From an uncultured Gammaproteobacteria bacterium (lineage in GTDB: Bacteria > Patescibacteriota > Microgenomatia > Daviesbacterales > UBA10151): a DNA stretch of 64,000 nt. Where the stretch lies: assembly GCA_964636275.1 (NCBI GenBank), contig CAZWRN010000002.1, positions 9,910 through 73,909 of the forward strand. The letters run 5' to 3'. Positions 9,574-19,296 of this stretch are shown here, piece after piece. Position 1 is the first letter of the stretch; every line of letters starts with the position of its first letter. A model generated the notes under the pieces. That model was not told the origin of the DNA and did not search any database. It was given only the letters and a program-made list of their open reading frames with translations. The position numbers were made by a program, and so were the translations under genes.

Positions 9574-11874
9574 TCATCTCCCAAAATTTTGAAGTAAACG
9601 GTTAAAATCATAAATGTCTACTTTTTCATTTCGATCAATATCCGATCTCAGGTTTGTTCCAGTTTGGCCAAAATCACCGACTAAAAGATTAAAGTCAAAA
9701 ACATCTACCTTTCCGTCATTATTGATATCACCAGTTTTTCTGGTAGTCGAAGGGCTTGGCGATGTTGAGAATTGGCAAGATACAGCAGTTATGTTATATC
9801 CTGAACCAACGTTTGAAGATCCATTTGAAAAAGTTGCTTCAACAGTGTATTTATAATTGGTTCCTGATGTAATATTGTCATCATTTAAAGCTATACCTGA
9901 AGTCTCCCCGACTTTAATACCACTTCCGGGAGCAGAAGTTTCTCTAAAAATTTTATAAATACCAACTCCTGGGACTTCTTGCCACTGAAGATGGATTCGG
10001 GGATTAATGCTATTTTCGCAATAGCTACTTGTTTGGTCTGCAACTATCTCAGGTTTGATGGTAGAAACAGGTGAAGGGCTTACTACCGGAGAGGGTGATG
10101 GGCTGGCTACGGTGCAGGTTGCCGGTGTAGTTAAGGTGACTGAATTTGATCGTTCGCCAGTGGTGGCTAAAATGTACAAAGAATAGGTCGTATTTAAATT
10201 TAGGGCTCTGATACCGTTAATTCCGGCATCGTAAATTCGGAGAGGTCGCAAGGTTAATCTTCCTGGCATTTGTCCATTATTGATCCCTACCCCTTTAACG
10301 GATGGTGATATTTCAACTGTATACTCTTTGCCAATATCTGTAAAATCAATATTTATAGCCGGATTTACACCAATGCATTCAGTAAAAGCGGTCATTGAAA
10401 TTTGTGGAGATGGTGTCGGAGAAGGTGTTGGACTTGGAGGTATCGGGGGTTGATTCCAATCCGATAAAACTGCCTGGGTCACATAAATCACACCTGATTT
10501 GGCCGGTATAGAATGTTGTGTGGCTAGAGTTCCATTCAAATTGTAAAGACCTACTCCGGATGTGTTATACCCATTATTGGAGTTATTCCAATATACCCAA
10601 GCTTTTTGAAATTTTCTCAGATAGACACCTGGGGAGACCTCCTGCATTCCTCCGGTAGGCTGTCCGATCTTTAGGTTCCAGTCTCTGAAAAAGGCCTCTG
10701 AATCAAACTGCGGACTAGTCAGAAGTGGATTATAATAAACCAAAGCTGTTTTACTGTTGCGAAACAGATTTAGAAATGCTGCTAAGTAATATTTTTGATA
10801 GGCTGCCTGTTGAGACTTATTGGTCTGGTTGTAACAATAACCAACACTTGTTGACCCACTACAATTGACATTGGTGTTTACTACAATAAATAAGTACTTA
10901 TTTAATCCAGACACCATATCCATCATACTGTTGATCTCACCTAGCCTGCCCGATGTCCCCAGATCTGACCCAGTTGGCCCAAGCGGATCTTCCCACATCA
11001 GACCATCAGCCCGGGGAGACGAGCCGTCATTGGAGATCAGTGGACGACTAAAAGCCACCCCTTGCCCTCCTGAATTGGCAATTAATAGCTTATTTGGTCC
11101 AATTGCTGATTTGACATCCCGAAACAGATCTGACCAGGAAGGCCCCCAGGCATTGAGAATATTATCTGGGACTTCAGCCGAGTTTAACCCAGGGATAGTT
11201 GGTGCCACTCCATCGGCCAAAAAACCGTCCATATTCATCTCATTAAGAGCCTGGGCTATTTTAGGCGCAATATATTGCCGGTAATGCGGATTTGTTATAT
11301 CCAGATAATGACCAAGTCTATTTGCCTTAGTAGCCGGCATTCCCTTTTTATGAATGAAAAATGATTCGCATTTGGCGCCACCACACATACCATCGGTTTC
11401 GGCGTTGGTATAAATTTCAGTTGCAAATCTCATATTAAAATCTAGAAGCCAGAAGACATGGTATCCGATGTATTTAGCATTGGGATTTTTTTGTTTTAAT
11501 TTAGTTGCTATATTAATCAGTCTTTGCTTATTCATGCCTGCATCACTTTGAATAGAGGCACACTCTTCGAAAACAATTCCGGTGTTGGATTTGGCTAAAT
11601 GAGTAATCTCTGCCTCACTGACATTTGGATCTGTTTCTCTGCCTGTCCATTTCGGACCCCTGCGGTAGCAACCAGTTGTTAAAATGATCGGAATATCTGG
11701 GTTTGCCCCAATATTTGATGCCCAAGGATCTCCAAATGGGTTGTAGTGGGACTCAAATGCGATATCAGGTGATTCGGTTGCTTTTGGTTGAAAGATCTGA
11801 GGATTACGAATTAGCCAGACTGAAATACCGATTCCTCCTAATATGACAAAAAGGGCGATTATTTTTCCTAGCAC
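9574..11874 (-). CDS. Secreted putative glycoside hydrolase (TIM barrel) with Fn3-like and dockerin-like domains
   Basis: N-terminal anchor; DITNPHYRQY...DGFLADG...DGLMWE; PSPT linkers; C-terminal GDINNDGKVDVFDF/DIDRNEKVDIYDF repeats. Confidence 0.7.
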   Translation of the reverse strand: MLGKIIALFVILGGIGISVWLIRNPQIFQPKATESPDIAFESHYNPFGDPWASNIGANPDIPIILTTGCYRRGPKWTGRETDPNVSEAEITHLAKSNTGIVFEECASIQSDAGMNKQRLINIATKLKQKNPNAKYIGYHVFWLLDFNMRFATEIYTNAETDGMCGGAKCESFFIHKKGMPATKANRLGHYLDITNPHYRQYIAPKIAQALNEMNMDGFLADGVAPTIPGLNSAEVPDNILNAWGPSWSDLFRDVKSAIGPNKLLIANSGGQGVAFSRPLISNDGSSPRADGLMWEDPLGPTGSDLGTSGRLGEINSMMDMVSGLNKYLFIVVNTNVNCSGSTSVGYCYNQTNKSQQAAYQKYYLAAFLNLFRNSKTALVYYNPLLTSPQFDSEAFFRDWNLKIGQPTGGMQEVSPGVYLRKFQKAWVYWNNSNNGYNTSGVGLYNLNGTLATQHSIPAKSGVIYVTQAVLSDWNQPPIPPSPTPSPTPSPQISMTAFTECIGVNPAINIDFTDIGKEYTVEISPSVKGVGINNGQMPGRLTLRPLRIYDAGINGIRALNLNTTYSLYILATTGERSNSVTLTTPATCTVASPSPSPVVSPSPVSTIKPEIVADQTSSYCENSINPRIHLQWQEVPGVGIYKIFRETSAPGSGIKVGETSGIALNDDNITSGTNYKYTVEATFSNGSSNVGSGYNITAVSCQFSTSPSPSTTRKTGDINNDGKVDVFDFNLLVGDFGQTGTNLRSDIDRNEKVDIYDFNRLLQNFGR

Positions 11875-11913
11875 AAATTAAGATTATCAGAGTCAGGCAG
11901 ATTAACCAAGTTG

Positions 11914-12612
11914 CTATTTGCCAAAGTTTCTTTTTTGGTTTGAGTACCATTTAATAGCTTTTTCCAGCTCTTTTGGTGAAAAATCCGGCCAAAGCACTTT
12001 TGTAAAATATAGCTCTGAATAAGCTGTTTGCCAAAGCAGAAAATTGGATAGCCTGATTCTTCCTCCGGTTCTGATGACTAATTCTGGATCGGGCTCCCCT
12101 CTGGTATACAAATACTTATCAACTGTTTCATCATCGACTTTATTTAGATCTATCCCATCTTTGATCATCTCTTTGAAAGCCGCGACGACCTCCCTTTTTC
12201 CGCCATAATTGAGCGCAATATTTAAACGGATTGATTCATTTTTAATCAAGGTCTTTCGAATTTGATCGACGATCCGTTTAATTGCACCTGGAAGGCCGTC
12301 GACTTCTCCTAAAACAGATATGCCGACTCCATTTTGCATCATTTTTTTGATTTTAGTCTGATAGCCAGATCTCATCAGATCAAATAGCCCCGACAACTCT
12401 CGCTTGGCTCGCTCCTTTAGGTTTTCAGTCGAAAGGGCATAGACTGTAATAGTTTTTATTCCCATTTTGGAGGCTGCTTCAACAATTTTCTCCAAAGCCT
12501 CAGTCCCCTCTTTATGGCCTTCAATATCCGGTAAGTTCCGCGCCCTAGCCCAACGGCGATTGCCATCCATGATGATTGCAATATGCTGTGGGATGATTAG
12601 ATTTTTATTCAT
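11914..12612 (-). CDS. uppS: Undecaprenyl/polyprenyl diphosphate synthase (cis-prenyltransferase)
   Basis: HIAIIMDGNRRWA, STEN, RTGGRIRLSNFLLWQ, RNFG. Confidence 0.97.
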   Translation of the reverse strand: MNKNLIIPQHIAIIMDGNRRWARARNLPDIEGHKEGTEALEKIVEAASKMGIKTITVYALSTENLKERAKRELSGLFDLMRSGYQTKIKKMMQNGVGISVLGEVDGLPGAIKRIVDQIRKTLIKNESIRLNIALNYGGKREVVAAFKEMIKDGIDLNKVDDETVDKYLYTRGEPDPELVIRTGGRIRLSNFLLWQTAYSELYFTKVLWPDFSPKELEKAIKWYSNQKRNFGK

Positions 12613-12617
12613 AGGAT

Positions 12618-13217
12618 TTATGGTTGATACGGAGGAAGTTCAATCGAGGGATATATTTTTGGGCCTCGACTGTATTCATCAATTGTCATTGCAATGGTGC
12701 GGCGCCTTTTGGCCCGATTTGAGGTTTCCTCTCCTCCATCAAACTCAACAGCGGCCGGACCTTTAAATCTTCCTGTCTGTAATATTCCTTGTTCAATATC
12801 CATTCCAACCTCTGATTGAGTAAATAATAATGCTCGAGCATGCCTATCACCATTCATATCATGATCCCTTTCACCAGATGGTAGCAATGGATTATCTTCA
12901 CAATTATGTCTCCATTTTTTGGACATGGGAAATTCTGTTGGGTCTACTAATCCATCTAGATATACACTACCCCGTACATCGGTTGGTACAATATATTGAG
13001 CCAACCATATAAAATCTTCTAGCAGTTTATGCTCGTCTATTTCTTGCAGAATAAGTCCCATGGTGGTGTGTTTAGAAAATAATCGTAATCTGCCAAAATC
13101 TACACCTGTTGTTTTAAGAAAAGCTTGAGCTTCATTCCTTAGTGGCCTTATATAACTTCTTTCAGGAGAATCAAAGGTAATTAATGTTTTATGTCTTTCT
13201 ACAAGGATTCCACTCAT
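12618..13217 (-). CDS. YjbQ/UPF0047-like protein (divergent)
   Basis: HTTMGLILQE, NGDRHARALL, VEFDG, RRRTI match the YjbQ HTT/N.D.H/EFDG pattern. Confidence 0.7.
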   Translation of the reverse strand: MSGILVERHKTLITFDSPERSYIRPLRNEAQAFLKTTGVDFGRLRLFSKHTTMGLILQEIDEHKLLEDFIWLAQYIVPTDVRGSVYLDGLVDPTEFPMSKKWRHNCEDNPLLPSGERDHDMNGDRHARALLFTQSEVGMDIEQGILQTGRFKGPAAVEFDGGEETSNRAKRRRTIAMTIDEYSRGPKIYPSIELPPYQP

Positions 13218-13218
13218 T

Positions 13219-14250
13219 TTATTTTTTTCTTTCTATTAACAGATCTGCCAACTGATATAACAACTGTTGATGTTCTATATTTTTAGTAATTTTGGAAATC
13301 ATTTTTTTAGCCTCAGCTACATATTGTACTGCTTTTGCCTGAGCCTGATCAAGGCTATTTGTTTGTAAGAAAATTTGCCTAATTTTTTCGAAATCTTTCG
13401 CACTTATCCTCCCCTTCCCATACAACTTTTTAAGATCTTTTTTTTGTGAGGGAGAAGCGATCTGTTCAGCATAAGCCAATAAAATCGTGGCTTTCCCTTC
13501 TTCGACATCACAAGTTATCGGTTTACCTAACTCTTCTTCTGTACCAAAGACTCCTAAAATATCATCCTGTATTTGGTAAGCGATACCTAAAGCATCACCA
13601 AATTGTTTTAATTTTTCTAAATCACTTTTTGATGCACCTGCTAAATGAGCACCCATTTGCAATGGACCAACTAAACTATATCGAGCGGTTTTATATTTAT
13701 AAATCTGCATAATGGTGTTTTCGCTTAACTGAATTTTTTTGCTAGGAATTTCAACATCTAACATTTCACCTAACGCTGTCTCTACCATTGCATTAGTAAA
13801 TGCAGAAATCGCCTGAACTTTATTTTCAGCCTCAAAATGAGTGTTAGAAAGAATTTGAATTGCCAAAAAAAACCCTGTGTCTCCGAGACAGATTGACTGA
13901 CTGATGGCATAATGATCACCCCCCAATGAAGCATAAAGAGTGGCTTTCCCTCGTCTTAATTGGCTTTTATCGATAATATCATCATGGGCTAGTATTGCAG
14001 TTTGGAATATTTCATAAGCAGCGGCAGGCAAAAATATTTCATGATTTAAATTTTTATATAATTCGTAACCCAGTCTCACTAATGTTCCTCTAATTTTTTT
14101 GCCACCTTTATTGGATTCAATGACAGCATCAATCAGAGGTATTAAGTGTTTATCTATTTTGTCAACTTCACTTTTCCATTGTTGGAAAAATGATTGTAGG
14201 TGCTTATCAATATGTGTAGCCGATTCCTTTAAATATTCTTTGAATATCAT
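13219..14250 (-). CDS. Trans-polyprenyl diphosphate synthase (GGPP synthase family)
   Basis: GGKKIRG, FARM HDDIIDKSQLRRG, KTARY, SARM QIQDDILG, EGK; likely start ATG 14250. Confidence 0.93.
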   Translation of the reverse strand: MIFKEYLKESATHIDKHLQSFFQQWKSEVDKIDKHLIPLIDAVIESNKGGKKIRGTLVRLGYELYKNLNHEIFLPAAAYEIFQTAILAHDDIIDKSQLRRGKATLYASLGGDHYAISQSICLGDTGFFLAIQILSNTHFEAENKVQAISAFTNAMVETALGEMLDVEIPSKKIQLSENTIMQIYKYKTARYSLVGPLQMGAHLAGASKSDLEKLKQFGDALGIAYQIQDDILGVFGTEEELGKPITCDVEEGKATILLAYAEQIASPSQKKDLKKLYGKGRISAKDFEKIRQIFLQTNSLDQAQAKAVQYVAEAKKMISKITKNIEHQQLLYQLADLLIERKK

Positions 14251-14302
14251 AATTGGTAAGTTTAACAAAAATCTTACGTTTGTTATACTGTTAGTCTTGC
14301 TT

Positions 14303-14866
14303 ATGTCAAAAAACCCATACACTGGTCAAGACAAGTCTTTCAAATATCGTGGTTTTGAAAAAGCCTACAAAGAAACAGCTCTTCCTCTCATGAAATTCTT
14401 AATCAAAAGAATGGGGGGCGATCAGAAAGCAGCCGAAGAAGTTTTCTCTCGAACTGCCGAGGCCGCTTTAAAAAGTTGGTATAGTTTTGAAAATAAAAGT
14501 AGCTTTTTTACCTGGGTATGTCGAATCGGTCTCAATAAAGTGGCGGATTACTACCGCGATCAAATCCATGAAAGATCAAAATTAATCTATCCACTCTTTA
14601 AAGATTTGGCTAATATTGAAGACAAAAATTTGTCTCACGAAGAAAGATTGGCTGTAGAAGAACTACGATCACAACTGAATGAATGTCTAAATATATTACC
14701 TTATAACAAACGTCAAATGCTTCAGTTCCGTTACTGGGAAGATATGACTTTATCAAAAATCGCGAATAAACTTGGTATTAGTGAACGTGCTGCTGAGGGA
14801 AAATTATATCGAGCGCGTCTTGCTTTGAAAGAAGTTATCGTTGAGAAATATCCTCATCTTAAATAG
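14303..14866 (+). CDS. ECF-type RNA polymerase sigma factor
   Basis: Sigma2 (AEEV...FFTWVCRIGLNKVADYYR) and sigma4 HTH (LSKIANKLGISERAAEGKLYRAR); start trimmed to ATG 14303. Confidence 0.88.
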   Translation: MSKNPYTGQDKSFKYRGFEKAYKETALPLMKFLIKRMGGDQKAAEEVFSRTAEAALKSWYSFENKSSFFTWVCRIGLNKVADYYRDQIHERSKLIYPLFKDLANIEDKNLSHEERLAVEELRSQLNECLNILPYNKRQMLQFRYWEDMTLSKIANKLGISERAAEGKLYRARLALKEVIVEKYPHLK

Positions 14867-14904
14867 TTTTTAAAACAATCCTTAATTTGGTATTATTCTC
14901 TCGG

Positions 14905-15696
14905 ATGAAAAAACTTATTATTATCAAACTGGGTGGAAGTATTGTAACCAATAAAAATTCCGCTACACCAAAGGCTAAAATCGATGTGATTAAACAGTTA
15001 GCCCAAGATATTGCCGAAATAAGAAAGAACTATCGACTAATTTTAGTTCATGGTGCTGGGTCTTATGCCCATCCTTTGGTTAAAAAATCTGGTATTCATA
15101 AAGGAATTTATTCTGATGCAGATAAATTAGCATTCGCTCAGGAAAATATAGACATGTTAACTCTGAATAATTTAATCACCCATTCTTTGGTGGATCAAAG
15201 TATTCCATGTACTTCTTTACCACCTCATAGCTTTATATCGAAAAAAAATGACCAACTGACTTTTGATACTAAATTAATTAAAAAGTATTTGGTCCTTGGC
15301 TTAGTTCCGGTTTTGTATGGTGATATGATTTTAGATAATACCCAAAACGCTTCGGTCTTATCTGGAGATGCGATAACGACTTTTTTGGCAAGAGAACTCA
15401 AACCAGATAAGGTTATATTCTTATCTGATGTTGATGGTATATTTGATTCAGATCCCAAGAAGAATCCCCAAGCAAAACTGATTCCTGAAATTAATAATGA
15501 TAATTTAGAAAATATTCTCACTGGCCTGACTGATAATAACCCTCATGATGTCACAGGTGAAATGAAAGGAAAGATTCTTGAAATAAAAAGCAGACTATCT
15601 GGAACTGAAGTTATTTTAGCGAATGGATTAAAACCTCAGATCTTAAAAAAGGTGTTGGATCAATCCCCAGTTGGGACAGAGCTTCTATTTGAGTAA
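14905..15696 (+). CDS. ipk: Isopentenyl phosphate kinase (amino-acid kinase family)
   Basis: IKLGGSIVTNK, VHGAGSYAH with the IPK-signature His, PVLYGD, LSGD, DVDGIF, DVTGEMKGK; isoprenoid gene context. Confidence 0.85.
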   Translation: MKKLIIIKLGGSIVTNKNSATPKAKIDVIKQLAQDIAEIRKNYRLILVHGAGSYAHPLVKKSGIHKGIYSDADKLAFAQENIDMLTLNNLITHSLVDQSIPCTSLPPHSFISKKNDQLTFDTKLIKKYLVLGLVPVLYGDMILDNTQNASVLSGDAITTFLARELKPDKVIFLSDVDGIFDSDPKKNPQAKLIPEINNDNLENILTGLTDNNPHDVTGEMKGKILEIKSRLSGTEVILANGLKPQILKKVLDQSPVGTELLFE

Positions 15697-16264
15697 ACCC
15701 TTTTTTCATCAGCTCATATATTTCCCAATTTGGTAACTCGGTTGGTTTTTCTACAATTAGACTTCTTAATTGATGGGGATTTTCCAAATGAGCTAAATGA
15801 GCTCGAGCAATTTCAGATGTACCACCTTTAAATAAAACCCTTTGCGTTCCTTGGGTGGCTAATATTCTTCTAACATCTACCCACACTGGTTCACCTACCT
15901 CATGGTCAAACGAACCTCTTCTAAATTGGCTGTCTTGAGTTGCCGAAATCTGATAAGCATGTAGCCAAGCACCTACCTCTGGTTTTGATACCCGGACTAT
16001 AGAAAGTTTCGCTGATTCAAGCGGATGAGGAATTGCAATACGTCCCGCAGTAACGGCAACTTCTTCCTGTAATAACCGATCCATAGCCTGAGCATGAGAT
16101 TCTCCTGGTTCAACAGTTTCATAAGGAAATCCTAATTGGCCCTGAAGCTTACCTGATTCCTCTTTAGAATTTTTTTCAGTAGTCATTAATACCTGATGTG
16201 GATTATTTTGGCGGTAAATAACAGCACCAACACCAGATATTAGTTCAACTCGACTATCGATCAT
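15611..16264 (-). CDS. Nudix-fold hydrolase (divergent Nudix box)
   Basis: GVGAVI, FPYETVEPGESHAQAMDRLLQEEV; leaderless start 6 nt after TGgTATAAT. Confidence 0.65.
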   Translation of the reverse strand: MIDSRVELISGVGAVIYRQNNPHQVLMTTEKNSKEESGKLQGQLGFPYETVEPGESHAQAMDRLLQEEVAVTAGRIAIPHPLESAKLSIVRVSKPEVGAWLHAYQISATQDSQFRRGSFDHEVGEPVWVDVRRILATQGTQRVLFKGGTSEIARAHLAHLENPHQLRSLIVEKPTELPNWEIYELMKKGFTQIEALSQLGIDPTPFLRSEVLIHSLK

Positions 16265-16329
16265 GCCTAAATTATACCAGATTATGGGCTTTTTTGTGGG
16301 TTTTTTATATTTTTTGGGACTAATAGTAT

Positions 16330-17547
16330 ATGCCAAATTTTTTTCCTGAACGAAGAGTTACTCGCAGTATAACAGTCGGTTCGGTTAAAATTGGTGACAA
16401 GTATCCAGTTAGTATCCAGTCTATGATCACTGCCGAAACAAGGGACACCCAATCGGCCGTTCAGCAAATCATCCAACTTCATAAATCGGGGGCGGAGATT
16501 GTTAGAGTTACAACCCCGACTATTTCTGATGCTAAAAATTTAGCTCAGATTAAAAAACAATTAACCACATCCTATCAAGATGTGCCTTTAGTGGCTGACG
16601 TACATCATCAAGGATCAGCTATAGCTATTGAGGCCGCACATTATGCTGATAAAATTCGTATCAATCCCGGACTTTTAGTTTACTCAAAAGCACAACTCGA
16701 CTATTCCCCATCTGATATTGAAAGAGAACAAGAAGCTATAGCTGGTGCGCTTGAACCAATTATTGCTGCCTGTATTGATCGCGGAATACCGATGCGGATT
16801 GGGGTGAATCATGGGAGTTTATCTCCTCGTTTAATGTATATGTACGGAGATACTCCTGAAGGAATGGTTCAATCGGCTATGGAGTATTTACAATTAAGTC
16901 AGGATTTGGGTTTTACAGATTTGATAGTATCTATGAAAGCCAGTCGTGTCAATGTAATGCTGGCTGCTAATCGGCTTATGGCAAAAACTATGGATGACGC
17001 TGGAATGAATTATCCAATGCATTTAGGTGTAACAGAGGCCGGACAAGGTGATTATGCCCGGACTAAAAGTGCAATTGGGATTGGATCACTTCTAGCAGAT
17101 GGGATTGGAGATACAATTCGGGTTTCCTTAACAGAGGATCCGGTAAAAGAAGTAACTGCCTGCAACGATATTCTTCAAGCGGTTGGTCTTCGTAAAACTA
17201 AAGCGGAAATTATTAGTTGTCCAGGATGTGGTCGGACAAAATTTGATTTACCAAATGTTACAGAAATGGTTACTCAAAAGTTTGGCCATTTAAAAGTCGA
17301 TTTAGCTGTCATGGGCTGTATGGTCAATGGCCCTGGTGAAATGGCTGATGCTGAGTATGGCTATGTGGGTAAAGGTGGGGGTATGGTGGGACTGTATCGA
17401 GGAAAATCTGAAATTGCTTTAGTCCCCCAACAAGAAGCAGTATCTGCATTACAAAAATTAATAGAAGCTGATGGAAAATGGAGTGAACCACCTATCGTTT
17501 CTTCGACCGGAATGTTGCGTGTCTTAAATGATCGGCCTCGATTTTAG
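16330..17547 (+). CDS. ispG: HMBPP synthase (4Fe-4S)
   Basis: SIQSM, PLVADVH, RINPG, RIGVNHGSL, HLGVTEAG, GDTIRVSLT, CPGCGR, GCMVNGPGE. Confidence 0.97.
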   Translation: MPNFFPERRVTRSITVGSVKIGDKYPVSIQSMITAETRDTQSAVQQIIQLHKSGAEIVRVTTPTISDAKNLAQIKKQLTTSYQDVPLVADVHHQGSAIAIEAAHYADKIRINPGLLVYSKAQLDYSPSDIEREQEAIAGALEPIIAACIDRGIPMRIGVNHGSLSPRLMYMYGDTPEGMVQSAMEYLQLSQDLGFTDLIVSMKASRVNVMLAANRLMAKTMDDAGMNYPMHLGVTEAGQGDYARTKSAIGIGSLLADGIGDTIRVSLTEDPVKEVTACNDILQAVGLRKTKAEIISCPGCGRTKFDLPNVTEMVTQKFGHLKVDLAVMGCMVNGPGEMADAEYGYVGKGGGMVGLYRGKSEIALVPQQEAVSALQKLIEADGKWSEPPIVSSTGMLRVLNDRPRF

Positions 17548-17635
17548 AAATTTCTAGAGATTGTGTTTAAAAATTTCATATATTTAGAAACAGGAAGCAA
17601 ATGAGAACTAATGAGCTATTAGCAAGTTTACCAAA

Positions 17636-18184
17636 TTAGGAATTAAAGAAACCAGCTTCTTTTAAAACTTTTGCTCCAGCAACTGTCCATGGAGAATAGT
17701 TATTCGGATTTTTTTCTACATCTTCAATAAACTCTTTTTTACTCATCCATTTGTATCCATATCCAACTTCTTCGTTCAGTTTAAAATCACCATTGTATTC
17801 CCCTACCAACATTGCACAGTGCTCATTTTCACATAGCTCTCCGTAGGTAGCAAAGTAATCAAAGAAACCATAATTTTTGAGCGGCATTTTTTCAGAAATC
17901 TGGTATTCTCGCTCTAATGATCTCCAAGAGGCATCTTCAACTGTTTCATCAGTTCCATCGGGATTATGCAAAGGATGAGTTGAAGCAGTCATATCCCAAA
18001 CATCATCAAATACTCGGTGTTTTCTTCGTTGGATAAGTAACTCGCCTTTTGAATTAATAAGTTGAACGGTAATAGCCAAATGACGTTGGCCTTTACCAGT
18101 GTGACCAACCCATTTAGGTATGTACTCGCCTTTGAATTCACCATTTTCGTCTACTGCTAATATAATTTGATCGTCTTGACTCAT
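17636..18184 (-). CDS. idi: Isopentenyl-diphosphate delta-isomerase type 1
   Basis: GH...HLAITV..LLIQRR..WDMTASTHP, ENEHC, EEV, SPW; overlaps the ispH stop. Confidence 0.82.
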   Translation of the reverse strand: MSQDDQIILAVDENGEFKGEYIPKWVGHTGKGQRHLAITVQLINSKGELLIQRRKHRVFDDVWDMTASTHPLHNPDGTDETVEDASWRSLEREYQISEKMPLKNYGFFDYFATYGELCENEHCAMLVGEYNGDFKLNEEVGYGYKWMSKKEFIEDVEKNPNNYSPWTVAGAKVLKEAGFFNS

Positions 18185-19230
18185 ATTACTTTCTCTCTGT
18201 AGTCTACCACTTTTGGTTGACGTCTCGGAAACGTTGTTGGTTCAGATGCTACACTTAATCTTCTGGGTTCATACCCCAGTTTTGCTAATACTTTCATTGC
18301 CTCCATTGGAACTTCTGGTGGAGCTGATGCTCCAGCAGTTATTGCGACTAGCTTTTTACCTTCTACTATCTGCGGAGTAAGTAAATCAGCTGTTTCTAAA
18401 AGATGCGTTTGTACACCAGCAGCTTCAGCAATTTTCTTTAGCTGTTTAGTATTAGAGCTTATTTCTGATCCAAATGCAACCATTAGATCAGGATTCAATG
18501 CCAAGACAGCTCTTAAGGCACTTTGTCTATTTTTAGTTGCATAACAAACATCCCCTTCGGGAGGGATTTTTATTCCAGGAACTTTTTCTTTAATCAATTC
18601 AATCCATTGATTGGCTTCTTGAATATTGAGAGTTGTTTGGGTATCTACGGCATATGAAGTATTTGGCTCAGCAACTAATTTATTTATGTCATCAGGACTA
18701 GTAATTGGCACTACTACATCAGGAGCACTTTTAATAAATCCAACTACTTCTTTGTGACCTTTTATTAAATCATCCTCTTTACAGATGTAAAGTACTTTTG
18801 GTCTGAGCCCCTCTTCTGATGCTTCAGCGATATGTCTATCTCGTCTGACATGTGCCACTTCAACTAATGGACACGTACTATCTACAACTTTTAATCCCCT
18901 AGCAGCTAAAACATCCCGATCAGGATACGACAATCCATGCGCACTAATCATGGCGACTTCTCCCAATGGGACTTCTTCAGGTTTTTCTACAAAAACCATA
19001 CCCTGTCGACGTAGTCCTTCGACTACCAAATTATTATTGACTAACGTCCCCACTCCCCACAATTTCCGGGCTCCTCCAGGGACTATTCCTTCAGCCGCCA
19101 TAGTCTTTTGGGCATTTTCAATTGACCAAGCAACTCCAGCACAAGCGGCCAAAGGATATGCCTGCAGAGCAATTTTTCTCCCAGATTTTAAATCGTCTGG
19201 CGAAAATGGTCTAATATCTGGTTTTGACAT
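18181..19230 (-). CDS. ispH: HMBPP reductase (LytB)
   Basis: CAGV, SAHG, DSTCPLV, GHKEV, QTT, DVCYATKNRQ, SSNT, TAGASAP. Confidence 0.93.
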   Translation of the reverse strand: MSKPDIRPFSPDDLKSGRKIALQAYPLAACAGVAWSIENAQKTMAAEGIVPGGARKLWGVGTLVNNNLVVEGLRRQGMVFVEKPEEVPLGEVAMISAHGLSYPDRDVLAARGLKVVDSTCPLVEVAHVRRDRHIAEASEEGLRPKVLYICKEDDLIKGHKEVVGFIKSAPDVVVPITSPDDINKLVAEPNTSYAVDTQTTLNIQEANQWIELIKEKVPGIKIPPEGDVCYATKNRQSALRAVLALNPDLMVAFGSEISSNTKQLKKIAEAAGVQTHLLETADLLTPQIVEGKKLVAITAGASAPPEVPMEAMKVLAKLGYEPRRLSVASEPTTFPRRQPKVVDYREKVI

Positions 19231-19296
19231 AAAAACTTTCTGAGCAGTTATATATTAGTCGTTTTGAATTGTCAAAACCCACGCCGAGTTAGTAAA

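Noticed and set aside
9574-9730. Cellulosome
   Set aside because: Only one dockerin-like motif; no scaffoldin or cohesin in the window.
14099-14322. Overlapping N-terminal extensions of the sigma factor and prenyl synthase ORFs
   Set aside because: Artefacts of alternative start codons; ATG 14303 and 14250 give non-overlapping divergent genes.
14905-15696. Uridylate, acetylglutamate or glutamate 5-kinase
   Set aside because: The GAGSYAH His signature, DVTG.M.GK motif and isoprenoid context fit IPK better.
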